A DNA stretch of 64,000 bases from Kiritimatiellia bacterium. Lineage in GTDB: Bacteria > Verrucomicrobiota > Kiritimatiellia > PWTM01. Shown piece by piece: positions 23,592 through 34,362 of this stretch; the stretch's first letter is position 1, and every line of letters starts with the position of its first letter. The notes under the pieces are model-generated. The model made no database searches. It saw only the letters and a list, made by a program, of their open reading frames with translations, and was not told the DNA's origin. The stretch lies in the NCBI GenBank assembly GCA_026417735.1, contig JAOACR010000014.1, positions 70,829 to 134,828 on the forward strand, given 5' to 3'. A program made the translations under genes and the position numbers.

Positions 23592-24365
23592 TCAACCCTT
23601 GCTCGATCTGAACTCCAACTCCGCCACCATCAGCGCCATCATCGCAATCGCCGCGGTCTCGACGCGTAAAATGAAGCCCCCGATTCTCACCGGCCGAAAG
23701 CCAGCTGCGCGGAAACGCGCAAGCTCTTCGGCCGTCCACCCCCCCTCCGGACCGACCGCCGCGCACACATGTTTCCAAGACGAAGAGCACCCCGCCGCGG
23801 CCCGCGCCTCCGCCCATGAGTGCACCCCTTCGCCCGCCTCGCATACGAACGACGCGCCCGCCTCACCGCCCGCTTCAAGGGCCCTCTCAATCTCCCCCGC
23901 CCAAACAATCTCCGGCAGCCAGTTACACCCTGACTGCTTCGCTGCCGCCACCGCGGCCGACCGCCAGCGTTGCCGCCACCGCTCCACCTCTCTTGGAGCG
24001 GGACGGGCCACGGAGCGCTCGGCGGGAAAGAACACGACTCGCTGAACGCCGAGCTCGACCGCCGCGCGAACGATCATCTCTTTCTTGTCACCTTTCGGCG
24101 CGCCTTGAATCAGCGTCGCGCGCCAATCCGGCAACACCTCCGCACGGGCAGGTCCAACCTCGATCCACACCTGCGTTCGCTGCACCTCGGCAATGCGCCC
24201 CAACGCGCGCCGGCCAGCCCCGTCAAACGCCTCCACCGCCGCTCCCGGCCCCAGACGCAACACGACCACCAAATGTCGTGCCTCTTCCGGCTCCAGCAGC
24301 ACCATCCCCCCTTCGGGCGGAAGCAGCGGAGCGAAACAGCGTGGCGGCCGGTGAGTGGGACACAC
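23592..24365 (-). CDS. rsmE: 16S rRNA m3U1498 methyltransferase
   Basis: ARHLVVVLRL, ELGV, AAKQSG, VGPEGGW, GFILRVETA; start uncertain (24365 GTG or 24413 ATG). Confidence 0.92.
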   Translation of the reverse strand: MCPTHRPPRCFAPLLPPEGGMVLLEPEEARHLVVVLRLGPGAAVEAFDGAGRRALGRIAEVQRTQVWIEVGPARAEVLPDWRATLIQGAPKGDKKEMIVRAAVELGVQRVVFFPAERSVARPAPREVERWRQRWRSAAVAAAKQSGCNWLPEIVWAGEIERALEAGGEAGASFVCEAGEGVHSWAEARAAAGCSSSWKHVCAAVGPEGGWTAEELARFRAAGFRPVRIGGFILRVETAAIAMMALMVAELEFRSSKG

Positions 24366-24384
24366 GCGCGCACGACCCCCCGCT

Positions 24385-26155
<1,771 letters not shown>

Positions 26156-26187
26156 GTGATGTCCGATTTGTCCCAAAATAACGCTTC

Positions 26188-26196
26188 AGCATAGCA
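26188..26196 (-). promoter_or_regulatory. Possible extended -10 promoter for grpE-dnaJ-rsmE
   Basis: Minus strand TGcTATGCT ~33 nt upstream of the grpE ATG; -35 poorly matched. Confidence 0.35.
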
Positions 26197-26264
26197 CATT
26201 CGGCCGGGACGCAACGCGAAGTCCCCTCCCGCCCTCGCGGTGCCCCAAAACTCCACAAGGCCGA

Positions 26265-28832
26265 TCAGGTGGGCGCCCGCGGGAGCACGTCGCCCAGCGT
26301 GCGAAGCAGCGTATCGGGCAGGTACGGTTTGCGCAGTATTGCGTCGGCCAGCGCCCAGCGTACCGGGTCCTCTTCCGGCACGATCTCATGCCCGCTGGTC
26401 AGCACAATTCGCATGTCGGGGCAGCAGCGACGAACGGCGGCGGCCAGATCCAATCCATGGCCATCGGGCAACAGCACGTCGGAGAGGAGAACCGCGAAAC
26501 GCTCACAGCCCTGCTCGAGCACCCGTCGCGCCGCGGCGAGGCTGCCGACCGCGGTCACGCGGTAGTTGCCCGCAGTCAGAACCCTCGTCGCAAGAGCCCG
26601 CAGACACTCCTCATCCTCCACCACCAACACCTCGTGGCCCGCTCCTTCTCCGGCGGATTGCCCGCCCTCGGCCACCTCGTCAGCCGCCGGTCGCCCGTTC
26701 CCCGCCGAACTGACCGGCAGATAGATCCGAAACACTGTTCCGCGCCCAACTTCGCTGGCCACATCGATGAAGCCCTCATGCTGGCGCACCAGACCGTATA
26801 CCACTGAAAGCCCCAGCCCGGTGCCGTCCGAAGCCGGTTTCGTTGTGAAGAACGGCTCAAAAATCCGGGCCAGAACAGCCGGCGGCATGCCGTGCCCTTC
26901 ATCCTCGACCTCCAACAGCACAAACCGGCCCGGACGCGCGCCCTCGACGGCCGGCACCTCCTCCGACCTGAGCTGCACCAGAGCCGTCCGAATGTGCAGC
27001 GCACCGCCCCGCGGCATCGCATCGCGCGCATTGACGGCCAGATTGACCAGAATCTGCTCCAGCTGAGCGGCGTTCCCCCGCACGGAGGGCAGATCGCCCG
27101 GAAGGTCCAACACCAGCCGCACGTGCTCCGGCAGCAGCCGCCCCAGCAACCGCGCAGCTCCCCGGATCACCTCGTTCAGATCCAGCGCCACCATCTCCGG
27201 CTTTTGGCGGCGGCTAAAGAGCAGCAGCTGGCGAGTGAGTTCCGCCGCGCGCCGAGCTGCCTTTTCGATTTCCATGACATCGGCTCGTCGCGGGTCGGAT
27301 TCCGACAGATCGGCCCGCAGCAGCGCGCTGAACCCCAAAATCGCCTGCAACAGATTGTTGAAATCGTGCGCGATGCCGCCCGCGAGCCGGCCGATGCTCT
27401 CCAGCTTGTGCGCCTGAATCAGTTGCTCGCGCAGCTGCATGCGCTCGGTCACATCCTGCTTAATCGCGACAAAGTGCGTGACGCGGCCGCCCGCGTCCGT
27501 CACCGGCGTGATCGTCATTTCCTCTACGCAGATGCCGCCATCCTTCCGACGATTGCGAATCTCGCCAGCCCAGACCCGGCCGGCGCAGATCGTCTCCCAC
27601 ATCCGGTGGTAAAACTCCGCGTCGTGTTCACCGGATTTCAGAATCGCTGGCGTGCGGTCAATCAGTTCGTCCGCGGAGTAGCCCGACATGCGGCACATGG
27701 CCGCGTTGACCCAGAGAATACGTCCTCGCGCATCGGTAATCATCACGCCGCTGGCGGCGGTGGCCAGTGCGGTCCGTTGCAGCGCGGATTGCTCCTCCAC
27801 GCGCTGACGATGAATCGCCTGGGCGAGGATCTCCGCGCCCACCCGCAAGGCCATCTGCTCCGCGGGCAGCCAGATCCGCTCGCTCAGACAGTCGTCAAAT
27901 CCCAAAAATCCCCACCATTTGCCCTCCACGTGCACGGGCGTGACATGGATCGACCGGATCCCCTGCCGCTGCAGCAGCGGCCGCTCGCTCGGCGGTAGCA
28001 GCGCGACCGGCCCACTGATCGGCTCACCCGCTTCCAGCCTCTCGACCCACCGCTGGAAACCGGCGGCGCCCATATCCAGCTTCTGTAGTTCGGCGTTGTG
28101 GATCTGCGGCTCAATGCCCTCCGCCACCCACTCGAATAGCTGGCTTGTCAGCAACCGCCCGCGCTCGTCCCGCCAAACGTCAAACAGGTACGTGCGGCTG
28201 GCCTTCGCGGCGCGCCCCATGCGTTCGAGGAACTCGTTCATATGCGGCCGCCAGTCCACGTCGCGCAGAAACACGGCGGCGCACGCCGCAGCCGCCTCGA
28301 GCAGCGCATCGCGGCTGTCGCGTTCTTCCGCCAGCAGATGTGGCAGGATCGCCACGCTGATCGCATCGTTCACCGCGCACAGTCGCGCGCAGTGCACCGG
28401 CTCCAGTGCTGGTTCCCCTTCGTACGATTGCACCACCAGCACACCGTAACACTCGGACTGCCGCCGCAGCGGAATTCCGCACCACACTGCGGGCCGAACC
28501 GCCGGCAGCTCGAAGTGACCGGCGGCCGCCGCCTCCGTCAGCGCACGCGCATCCCCGACCCAGGGACGGCCCGTCCGCAGCACCTGTTCCACAGGACTCC
28601 GGCCGGATGCGGTGACCGCAGGCACAGGACTCCTTGAATCGCACCAATACACCACGCGGATCATCCCGCTCACCGGGCAGCGGATCGCCAGATGCACATT
28701 CGCCGCCGGCAACACCGAGGCCAGCGCCTCATGCACGCGACGGGCGACCTCCTCGAGGGAGGCCGCATCCGCTCCCGCGTTGCACAGTCGCTGGAACAGA
28801 AGGGTGATCTCGTGGTTGTCGGCCGCCATCAC
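26265..28832 (-). CDS. Cytoplasmic hybrid sensor histidine kinase (GAF-GAF-PAS-HisKA-HATPase-REC)
   Basis: Intact H-box AGGIAHDFNNLL, NLAVNARDAMP, DEGHGM, FEPFFTTK, GTGLGL; receiver VLVVEDE..LSDVLLPDGHG..KPY. Confidence 0.93.
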   Translation of the reverse strand: MMAADNHEITLLFQRLCNAGADAASLEEVARRVHEALASVLPAANVHLAIRCPVSGMIRVVYWCDSRSPVPAVTASGRSPVEQVLRTGRPWVGDARALTEAAAAGHFELPAVRPAVWCGIPLRRQSECYGVLVVQSYEGEPALEPVHCARLCAVNDAISVAILPHLLAEERDSRDALLEAAAACAAVFLRDVDWRPHMNEFLERMGRAAKASRTYLFDVWRDERGRLLTSQLFEWVAEGIEPQIHNAELQKLDMGAAGFQRWVERLEAGEPISGPVALLPPSERPLLQRQGIRSIHVTPVHVEGKWWGFLGFDDCLSERIWLPAEQMALRVGAEILAQAIHRQRVEEQSALQRTALATAASGVMITDARGRILWVNAAMCRMSGYSADELIDRTPAILKSGEHDAEFYHRMWETICAGRVWAGEIRNRRKDGGICVEEMTITPVTDAGGRVTHFVAIKQDVTERMQLREQLIQAHKLESIGRLAGGIAHDFNNLLQAILGFSALLRADLSESDPRRADVMEIEKAARRAAELTRQLLLFSRRQKPEMVALDLNEVIRGAARLLGRLLPEHVRLVLDLPGDLPSVRGNAAQLEQILVNLAVNARDAMPRGGALHIRTALVQLRSEEVPAVEGARPGRFVLLEVEDEGHGMPPAVLARIFEPFFTTKPASDGTGLGLSVVYGLVRQHEGFIDVASEVGRGTVFRIYLPVSSAGNGRPAADEVAEGGQSAGEGAGHEVLVVEDEECLRALATRVLTAGNYRVTAVGSLAAARRVLEQGCERFAVLLSDVLLPDGHGLDLAAAVRRCCPDMRIVLTSGHEIVPEEDPVRWALADAILRKPYLPDTLLRTLGDVLPRAPT

Positions 28833-28913
28833 GAGACTTTCATTGCAGCTGGCGCCCTGCAGTTGTCGCGCCCCCTTCTCCCTCCCACCGCAGCTACTTC
28901 GGCGGAGCGGACG

Positions 28914-29690
28914 CTACCACCCCATGCTCGGCTGCCGGGGGCCAATGCGCACCTCTGCACCACCCATGCCGAAATTGTACGGCCATGTGGGTGTCCCGGC
29001 CCCCGTCGGGCGGAATGTCTCGACGCGATGGCGGCAATCCGGCCCCGCCAGCGGTGGCACAACGCCCCACGCCGGCACCCAGTAGACCCACGGCTCGACG
29101 TACCACACCGTCGTGTTGCCGCTCACCAGATAGGGTGGCGCAACGCGTCGCCGTTCGCGCCGGGCGCTCTCCTCCCGCTGCGCCTCCAGCTCCTCGGCCA
29201 GTTCGCGCGAGCGCCGCTCGCGGCGTTGTTCTTCTTCGAGCGCGCGTTGCGCCGCCAGCAGCGGTGCGGCGATGGAGACTCCAGGGTGCGCCTGCGCGAA
29301 CCGGGCCAGTTGCTCGATCTGCTCCGCGGGCGTCAACGCGCGGTACTCCTCGCTCTCGATCAGCGCCCGCAGCTCGCGCTCACCTTGCGCCCGCCGGTGT
29401 CTCCGCTCCGCCTCCTCGCGGCGGCGTGCGAGCAGCTCCGCCTCCCGTTCCGCACGCGCCTGCTCCGCGGTGCGCATCTGAAGGGCAACCACCCGTCCCC
29501 CCCGAAGCTGGACGGTGCCAGAAGGATAGTAGAGAAGCTCGAAGTCCGAGCCGCGGATGTGCCCGCTCGGTGGGCCAAGTTCCGCCAGAACCTGCTCCCG
29601 TGGGTCACCGATGCGGACCGCTGCCCCCGCGCAGCCAGCCGCTGCGCAGAGCGCGACAACCATGGACCGCATCGCGCTCATTCGATTCAC
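28914..29690 (-). CDS. Hypothetical exported protein (small N-terminal domain, coiled coil, Pro/aromatic tail)
   Basis: Signal-peptide-like N-terminus, GDPREQVLAELGPPSG, E/R-rich coiled coil; abuts the upstream epimerase gene. Confidence 0.6.
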   Translation of the reverse strand: MNRMSAMRSMVVALCAAAGCAGAAVRIGDPREQVLAELGPPSGHIRGSDFELLYYPSGTVQLRGGRVVALQMRTAEQARAEREAELLARRREEAERRHRRAQGERELRALIESEEYRALTPAEQIEQLARFAQAHPGVSIAAPLLAAQRALEEEQRRERRSRELAEELEAQREESARRERRRVAPPYLVSGNTTVWYVEPWVYWVPAWGVVPPLAGPDCRHRVETFRPTGAGTPTWPYNFGMGGAEVRIGPRQPSMGW

Positions 29691-29693
29691 AAT

Positions 29694-31019
29694 CTATGCC
29701 TCCGCGGTCCGTGTGCAAGCGCCGCCGGACTGCGCCGACGCGGACCTCATCACCTCGATGAACTTTAGAAACGCCCGCACATCGTGGTAGTTTGCCTTCC
29801 AGCCGTGGGCGCGCGCGGCACGCGCGGGCCGGCCATCCGCCTCCACCGAATCCCACCATACTCCCGTCTCGGGATCGGTCATCCATTGGTCCGCAAACTC
29901 CCACAGCCGGCGCATCGCCGCCGCCCAGCGCGGATCACGGTCCAGCGCCCAGGCTTCCGTAAGCGCCGCCAGCATCTCCGCCTGTACCCACCAGACCTTC
30001 CGTCGGTCCGTGGCGGGCTGTTCGCCCTCGCCGCGATGGTAAAGCCCCCCGCGCTCCGCATCCCAGCCGCACCGCAGCGCGTGGTCCAGATGTGCCCGAA
30101 AGTGCTCCAACGACAGCGGACGGCCCAGCGCCCGTTCCGCCTCGAGCATCAACCAGCCGAACTCGACGTTGTGACCGTAGGAGAGACCCGCACTGCGCGC
30201 ATCGTCCACGGGGGACCAGTCCGGCTGACGGTGGAAGCAGGCCCGGGCGGGATCGCGCGGGTAGAACACTTCGCGATTGATCCGCAGCACTTCCTCCAAC
30301 GCGTCGCGCACGTCCGCCTCACGCGTTTCCGCGTACAACTCGGTGAAGGCCTCCATCAGGTGCAGGTGGGTGTTCGCGCTCTTCAGTCCGGCCACTTCCG
30401 GCACCCCGGCGGGATCGCGCAGCGGCAGCGGCCGCCAGTCGCGCTCAAAGTGTTCCACCCAACCGCCGTGCCGGCGATCGTACGCTCGCTCGCGCAACAG
30501 CCGGAACCAGGCAAGCGCCCGCTCCAGCGGCTCGCGCCCTCCGCCCGCGCGCGCGTGTTCCACCAGCGCATAGATGCCGAACGCCTGGCCGTACATCATT
30601 TTTCTCGGATTGGTCGGCTGTCCGTCGGCGGCCACCGCCCAATACGCGCCGCCGTGCTCGGCGTCCCAGAACCGCCGCATCAGGTAGCGGTAGCCGGCGG
30701 CCGCGATCGCGCCATAGTCGCGGCGCGCGTCGCTGTAGCCAAGCCGGTGCACCCGCGAAAAGGTCCACACCATCCGGCTCTGCGTCACGAGCATCCGCTC
30801 CGGCGGGCCGCCCCGGGGCGGGTCATCCAACACAAACCCTTCCTGCTCGATCTGTTCGATGTTTCGGCCCCGCGCCGCCCAGTACGGCAGAATACGTTCG
30901 CGCAGATCGCGATCGAGACGCTCCGCCCGTGCCCTCAGCCACTCGATGTCATCCGCACCGCCCACGAGCGCCGCCGCCACGAGAGAGCCGGCCACACACC
31001 GCCAATCACAACACTTCAT
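29694..31019 (-). CDS. AGE-family epimerase (cellobiose 2-epimerase-like) with signal peptide
   Basis: QSRMVWTFS, YGQAFGIYAL, KSANTHLHLMEAF, SYGHNVEFGWL, KVWWVQAE, WKANYH; GAGGAG RBS before ATG 31019. Confidence 0.88.
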   Translation of the reverse strand: MKCCDWRCVAGSLVAAALVGGADDIEWLRARAERLDRDLRERILPYWAARGRNIEQIEQEGFVLDDPPRGGPPERMLVTQSRMVWTFSRVHRLGYSDARRDYGAIAAAGYRYLMRRFWDAEHGGAYWAVAADGQPTNPRKMMYGQAFGIYALVEHARAGGGREPLERALAWFRLLRERAYDRRHGGWVEHFERDWRPLPLRDPAGVPEVAGLKSANTHLHLMEAFTELYAETREADVRDALEEVLRINREVFYPRDPARACFHRQPDWSPVDDARSAGLSYGHNVEFGWLMLEAERALGRPLSLEHFRAHLDHALRCGWDAERGGLYHRGEGEQPATDRRKVWWVQAEMLAALTEAWALDRDPRWAAAMRRLWEFADQWMTDPETGVWWDSVEADGRPARAARAHGWKANYHDVRAFLKFIEVMRSASAQSGGACTRTAEA

Positions 31020-31499
31020 CTCCTCTTCACCTCCGGCACCTCGCTCCGATGAGTCAGTCTGAGCCGGCCGGTCTGCCCGCGCAACTCCCACCACTGCCGA
31101 ACGCTCTCCAGCGGTCGCCGTCCTCCCCGAGAGCCGGCGCCGGCATCGGTTTCACCGATCGACGTCGCACCCCTGAACGCTCGCGACGCTCGCCGCTCAA
31201 TCGCCCACCATTTCACTACCGCCAGCGCGTCTCTCCACGGCCGTTTTTACAACGGCGACTGCTTCGCACACAGATCGCCCAAGGACCTCCGCACAGCCCG
31301 TCCGCTCATCTCGGGCCGCGGCTCGACCGGCGCCGTGCCGAGACGGACGGCCGAAAGCTCTGCACCGAGCCCACGATCCCATCGGAAGTTTGGCCAAAAG
31401 CCGCCGCCCGTGGCCTCCTCGAGCGCGGAGCGCAGCTTCCCGATGCCAGCGCGGGCACGCACACTCGCCCCGGGCGATGCGCCCAAAACTCGAAACCGG

Positions 31500-32030
31500 T
31501 CATTCGGTCACGAAGACGCCGAACCGGTTGGAGTTGTACCGCCCCGTCGGCAGCGCAATGGCGACGGTGTTCGACGGCACCTGCACAATCGCCTGAAATT
31601 TCGTGACGCCCAGCCGCGGAAAATACCGGCTGGACACGATCACCTGCCGGGCCACCGTCTCACCCGGCGGCAGTTCCAACAACGCCTCTCGTCCCAGCGA
31701 TACCTGGGACACCATCGGAGTCATTGTGTTATCTCTCTGCCCGGTCGGATAGGTCCAGACCAGCACCACCGTCGGCTCCTTCGGCAGCCAGATCGTCTGA
31801 GGGGAAACGTTTTGGATCACAACTTCAAAGGGGATCGGCTCGCCCCGGCGAACGCGGACTTGTTTGGAAGACAGCGCCACGGCGAGCGGCGGGTTCGTGA
31901 CCGTCTCCTCCAGCCGCCCAACCGGCGCGGAAGGGCCGCCGGGCACAGTGGTGGTTGTCGCACAACCCGTCAGGCCAATGCACGTGGCCGCCATTGGGAT
32001 CCATCTCCGCCGCCAGTCGCTCGGTTTCAT
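31500..32030 (-). CDS. Hypothetical lipoprotein with Ig-like beta domain
   Basis: Lipobox IGLTGC; beta-rich segment GEPIPFEVVIQNVS...LPPGET. Confidence 0.65.
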   Translation of the reverse strand: MKPSDWRRRWIPMAATCIGLTGCATTTTVPGGPSAPVGRLEETVTNPPLAVALSSKQVRVRRGEPIPFEVVIQNVSPQTIWLPKEPTVVLVWTYPTGQRDNTMTPMVSQVSLGREALLELPPGETVARQVIVSSRYFPRLGVTKFQAIVQVPSNTVAIALPTGRYNSNRFGVFVTE

Positions 32031-32252
32031 GGTGGTGGACCTCTCGCCGCCGAACACGATCTCACCCTGCGCGCTCGAAACTCGCTCGCGTGGCCAAGAG
32101 GCGATTGCGGCGGACACCGAAACCATACGCCCGCCGCCGCGCTTCTGCGAATCGCGGCGCCATTACGGACGCAGAGCGAGGCCCGGCGGCCACCTGTTTT
32201 TCTCCGTCGCCCATGCTGGCGTCAATTCGCTGGTGCCAGCCGGCCCCGCTAC

Positions 32253-34061
32253 TCACTCGATCAGCTCGAGCACTGCGACCGCCCGCTCCCACTTCTCGCG
32301 CAGCCGCCGGATCTGCAGCGTAAGCACCTGCGCCTCCCTGCGAAGCTCCTCCGCACGGGTGCCGTCCGCGACGGCTGCCTGCTGCAGCAGCTCCTGGCGG
32401 CGCCGGCTGAGATGGTTCCGCCAAAGCTGCAACACACACCCTCTGGCGGCCTCGAGCCTCATTTCCGGAGATCGGAGCGCCAGCGCGCGGTCCGACATCT
32501 CCAGCCGGGCAACGAGCCGCTCGAAGTCGGCGTCCTCTCCTCCCGGCGGCCACTCCACGGCGCCCTCGCCCGCGGCCAGCACCCGCTCATACACCCGCCG
32601 CAGCACTGGGTGGCTGATCAGTTCCGGTCGCGCGTAGGTCTGTAGCAGCGGTCGGCACTCGGGGTGGTGCAGCGCGATTTCCACCGTTTGCAGTTCGTCG
32701 TCGGGCGGCGGGGCGGCGGGAGCCGCCTCGGTCTCTTCGGAGACGCCGGGCTCCGCCCGGCCCTCATGGCGACGCCGCCATCCGTCAAACTCGTCGCGCA
32801 TCGCCGCCGGCGTCACCCCCAACAGCTGCGCAATTCGCAGCAACATCTGCTCGCGCATCGCGGGAGAGGCAATCGCGCCAACCAGCTCCATCAATTGGCC
32901 CAGCAATCGCCGCCGTCCTGCGTCACTGCGCAGCTGCCCCCGCCCCGCGGCGACACGCACCACGAAGTCCACCACCGGCATCGCCGCCTCGATCGCGCTG
33001 GTCACCGCCTCCGCGCCGGCCCGCACGATCAGGGAATCCGGGTCCTCCCCCGCCGGCAGCACCGCGACGCGGACCGCCAGGTCCTCCTGCAGCAGTGTCT
33101 TCGCAGTGCGCACCGCCGCCGCCTCCCCCGCCAGATCGGCATCGAGCATCACAACGACCTCATCGGCATAGCGACGCAGCGTGCGCGCGTGGTCCGGCGT
33201 CACCGCGGTTCCCTGCGCGGCGACCGCCACCTCGATGCCGGCCAGCTGGCAGCGCAACGCGTCAATCTGCCCCTCGCACAGCACCGCCCGCCGCGTCTCG
33301 AGAATTCGCCGGCGCGCGAAGTGCAGCGCGTACAGCACCCGTCCCTTCTGAAACAGCGGCGTCTCCGGGCTGTTCAGGTATTTCGCGGGCGACTGGTCGT
33401 CGGGCAGGATTCGGCCGCTGAATGCGATCGGCCGGCCCTGCTCGTCGCAGATCGGGAACATCACGCGCCGGCGGAACCGGTCGCGGAGCCCGTCCTCCGT
33501 CCGCACCGCCAAGCCGGCGGCCTCCAGTAGCTCCGCGCTCCAGCCCGAGCGGGCGCCCCAGCGCAGCAGCGCGTCGCCGTCGCCCGGCGCCCAGCCGATC
33601 CGAAAGCGTCGCGCCGCCTCGCCGTCGAGGCGGCGTTCACGCAGATATCGGCGGGCCGCTTCCGCGTCCGCCGCTTCCGCCAGCGCGGCCTGAAAAAACG
33701 CCGTCGCGGCCTCATGCAGCGCCAGCAGCCTCGCGCGCTGGGAGACCGCCACCCGCTCACGCTCGTCCAGCTCGATCGGCACCCCCGCCCGCCCCGCCAG
33801 CATCCGCACCGCAGCGACAAAATCCAGCCGTTCGTATTCCATCACGAACCGGATCACGTCGCCGCCCGCACCGCATCCAAAGCAGTGATAAATCTGCCGC
33901 GCCGGGTTCACGTGAAACGACGGGGTTTTCTCCTTGTGGAACGGGCACAGCGCCCGGAACGAAGATCCCGCACGATGCAAAGGCAGATAACTGCTGACCA
34001 CGTCTACGATGTCGCATCGCGACCGGATCAGCTCGATCGTTTGTCGGGAAATCGTCGCCAC
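32253..34061 (-). CDS. dnaG: DNA primase
   Basis: Zinc finger CPFHKEKTPSF..HCFGCG, DRFRRRVMFPI, KYLNSPET, TOPRIM EGQID and DADLAG; GTG start chosen at 34061. Confidence 0.96.
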   Translation of the reverse strand: MATISRQTIELIRSRCDIVDVVSSYLPLHRAGSSFRALCPFHKEKTPSFHVNPARQIYHCFGCGAGGDVIRFVMEYERLDFVAAVRMLAGRAGVPIELDERERVAVSQRARLLALHEAATAFFQAALAEAADAEAARRYLRERRLDGEAARRFRIGWAPGDGDALLRWGARSGWSAELLEAAGLAVRTEDGLRDRFRRRVMFPICDEQGRPIAFSGRILPDDQSPAKYLNSPETPLFQKGRVLYALHFARRRILETRRAVLCEGQIDALRCQLAGIEVAVAAQGTAVTPDHARTLRRYADEVVVMLDADLAGEAAAVRTAKTLLQEDLAVRVAVLPAGEDPDSLIVRAGAEAVTSAIEAAMPVVDFVVRVAAGRGQLRSDAGRRRLLGQLMELVGAIASPAMREQMLLRIAQLLGVTPAAMRDEFDGWRRRHEGRAEPGVSEETEAAPAAPPPDDELQTVEIALHHPECRPLLQTYARPELISHPVLRRVYERVLAAGEGAVEWPPGGEDADFERLVARLEMSDRALALRSPEMRLEAARGCVLQLWRNHLSRRRQELLQQAAVADGTRAEELRREAQVLTLQIRRLREKWERAVAVLELIE

Positions 34062-34237
34062 GGTGCCCGCCGAACTCTGCTCAAGTCTGTCCCCGACGGC
34101 CGCCGCCCGCAACCCCGCCGGCCGCCGCCGCGTGCTGCGGGCGCATCGGGCGCGCACGGTGGTGAGCGCGGCAGCCGCTGGAGACCGTGCGATGGTGGCA
34201 ATGTCCAGTTCACCGGCTCGGTGGAGGGTGATAGGTC

Positions 34238-34266
34238 TTGACAGCGTACCTGTGCGGCGTTATGCT
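34238..34266 (+). promoter_or_regulatory. Sigma70 promoter for pyc-birA
   Basis: TTGACA-N17-TATGCT ~96 nt upstream of the pyc ATG. Confidence 0.7.
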
Positions 34267-34362
34267 GGAGGACTCAAGAAGGTCCGCAGGACGTGAGCAG
34301 GAGCCTGAACAACTGCATGCAGCCCTCCATTCTCGGAGAGGGTCGGTGCTGATCCGCCCGAT

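Noticed and set aside
26188..26215. CIRCE element upstream of grpE
   Set aside because: Only a partial TAGCAC half-site; no TTAGCACTC-N9-GAGTGCTAA inverted repeat.
31095..31499. Structured RNA in the intergenic region upstream of the AGE epimerase
   Set aside because: Only short hairpins (e.g. GCCGTTTTTACAACGGC); no riboswitch consensus recognised.
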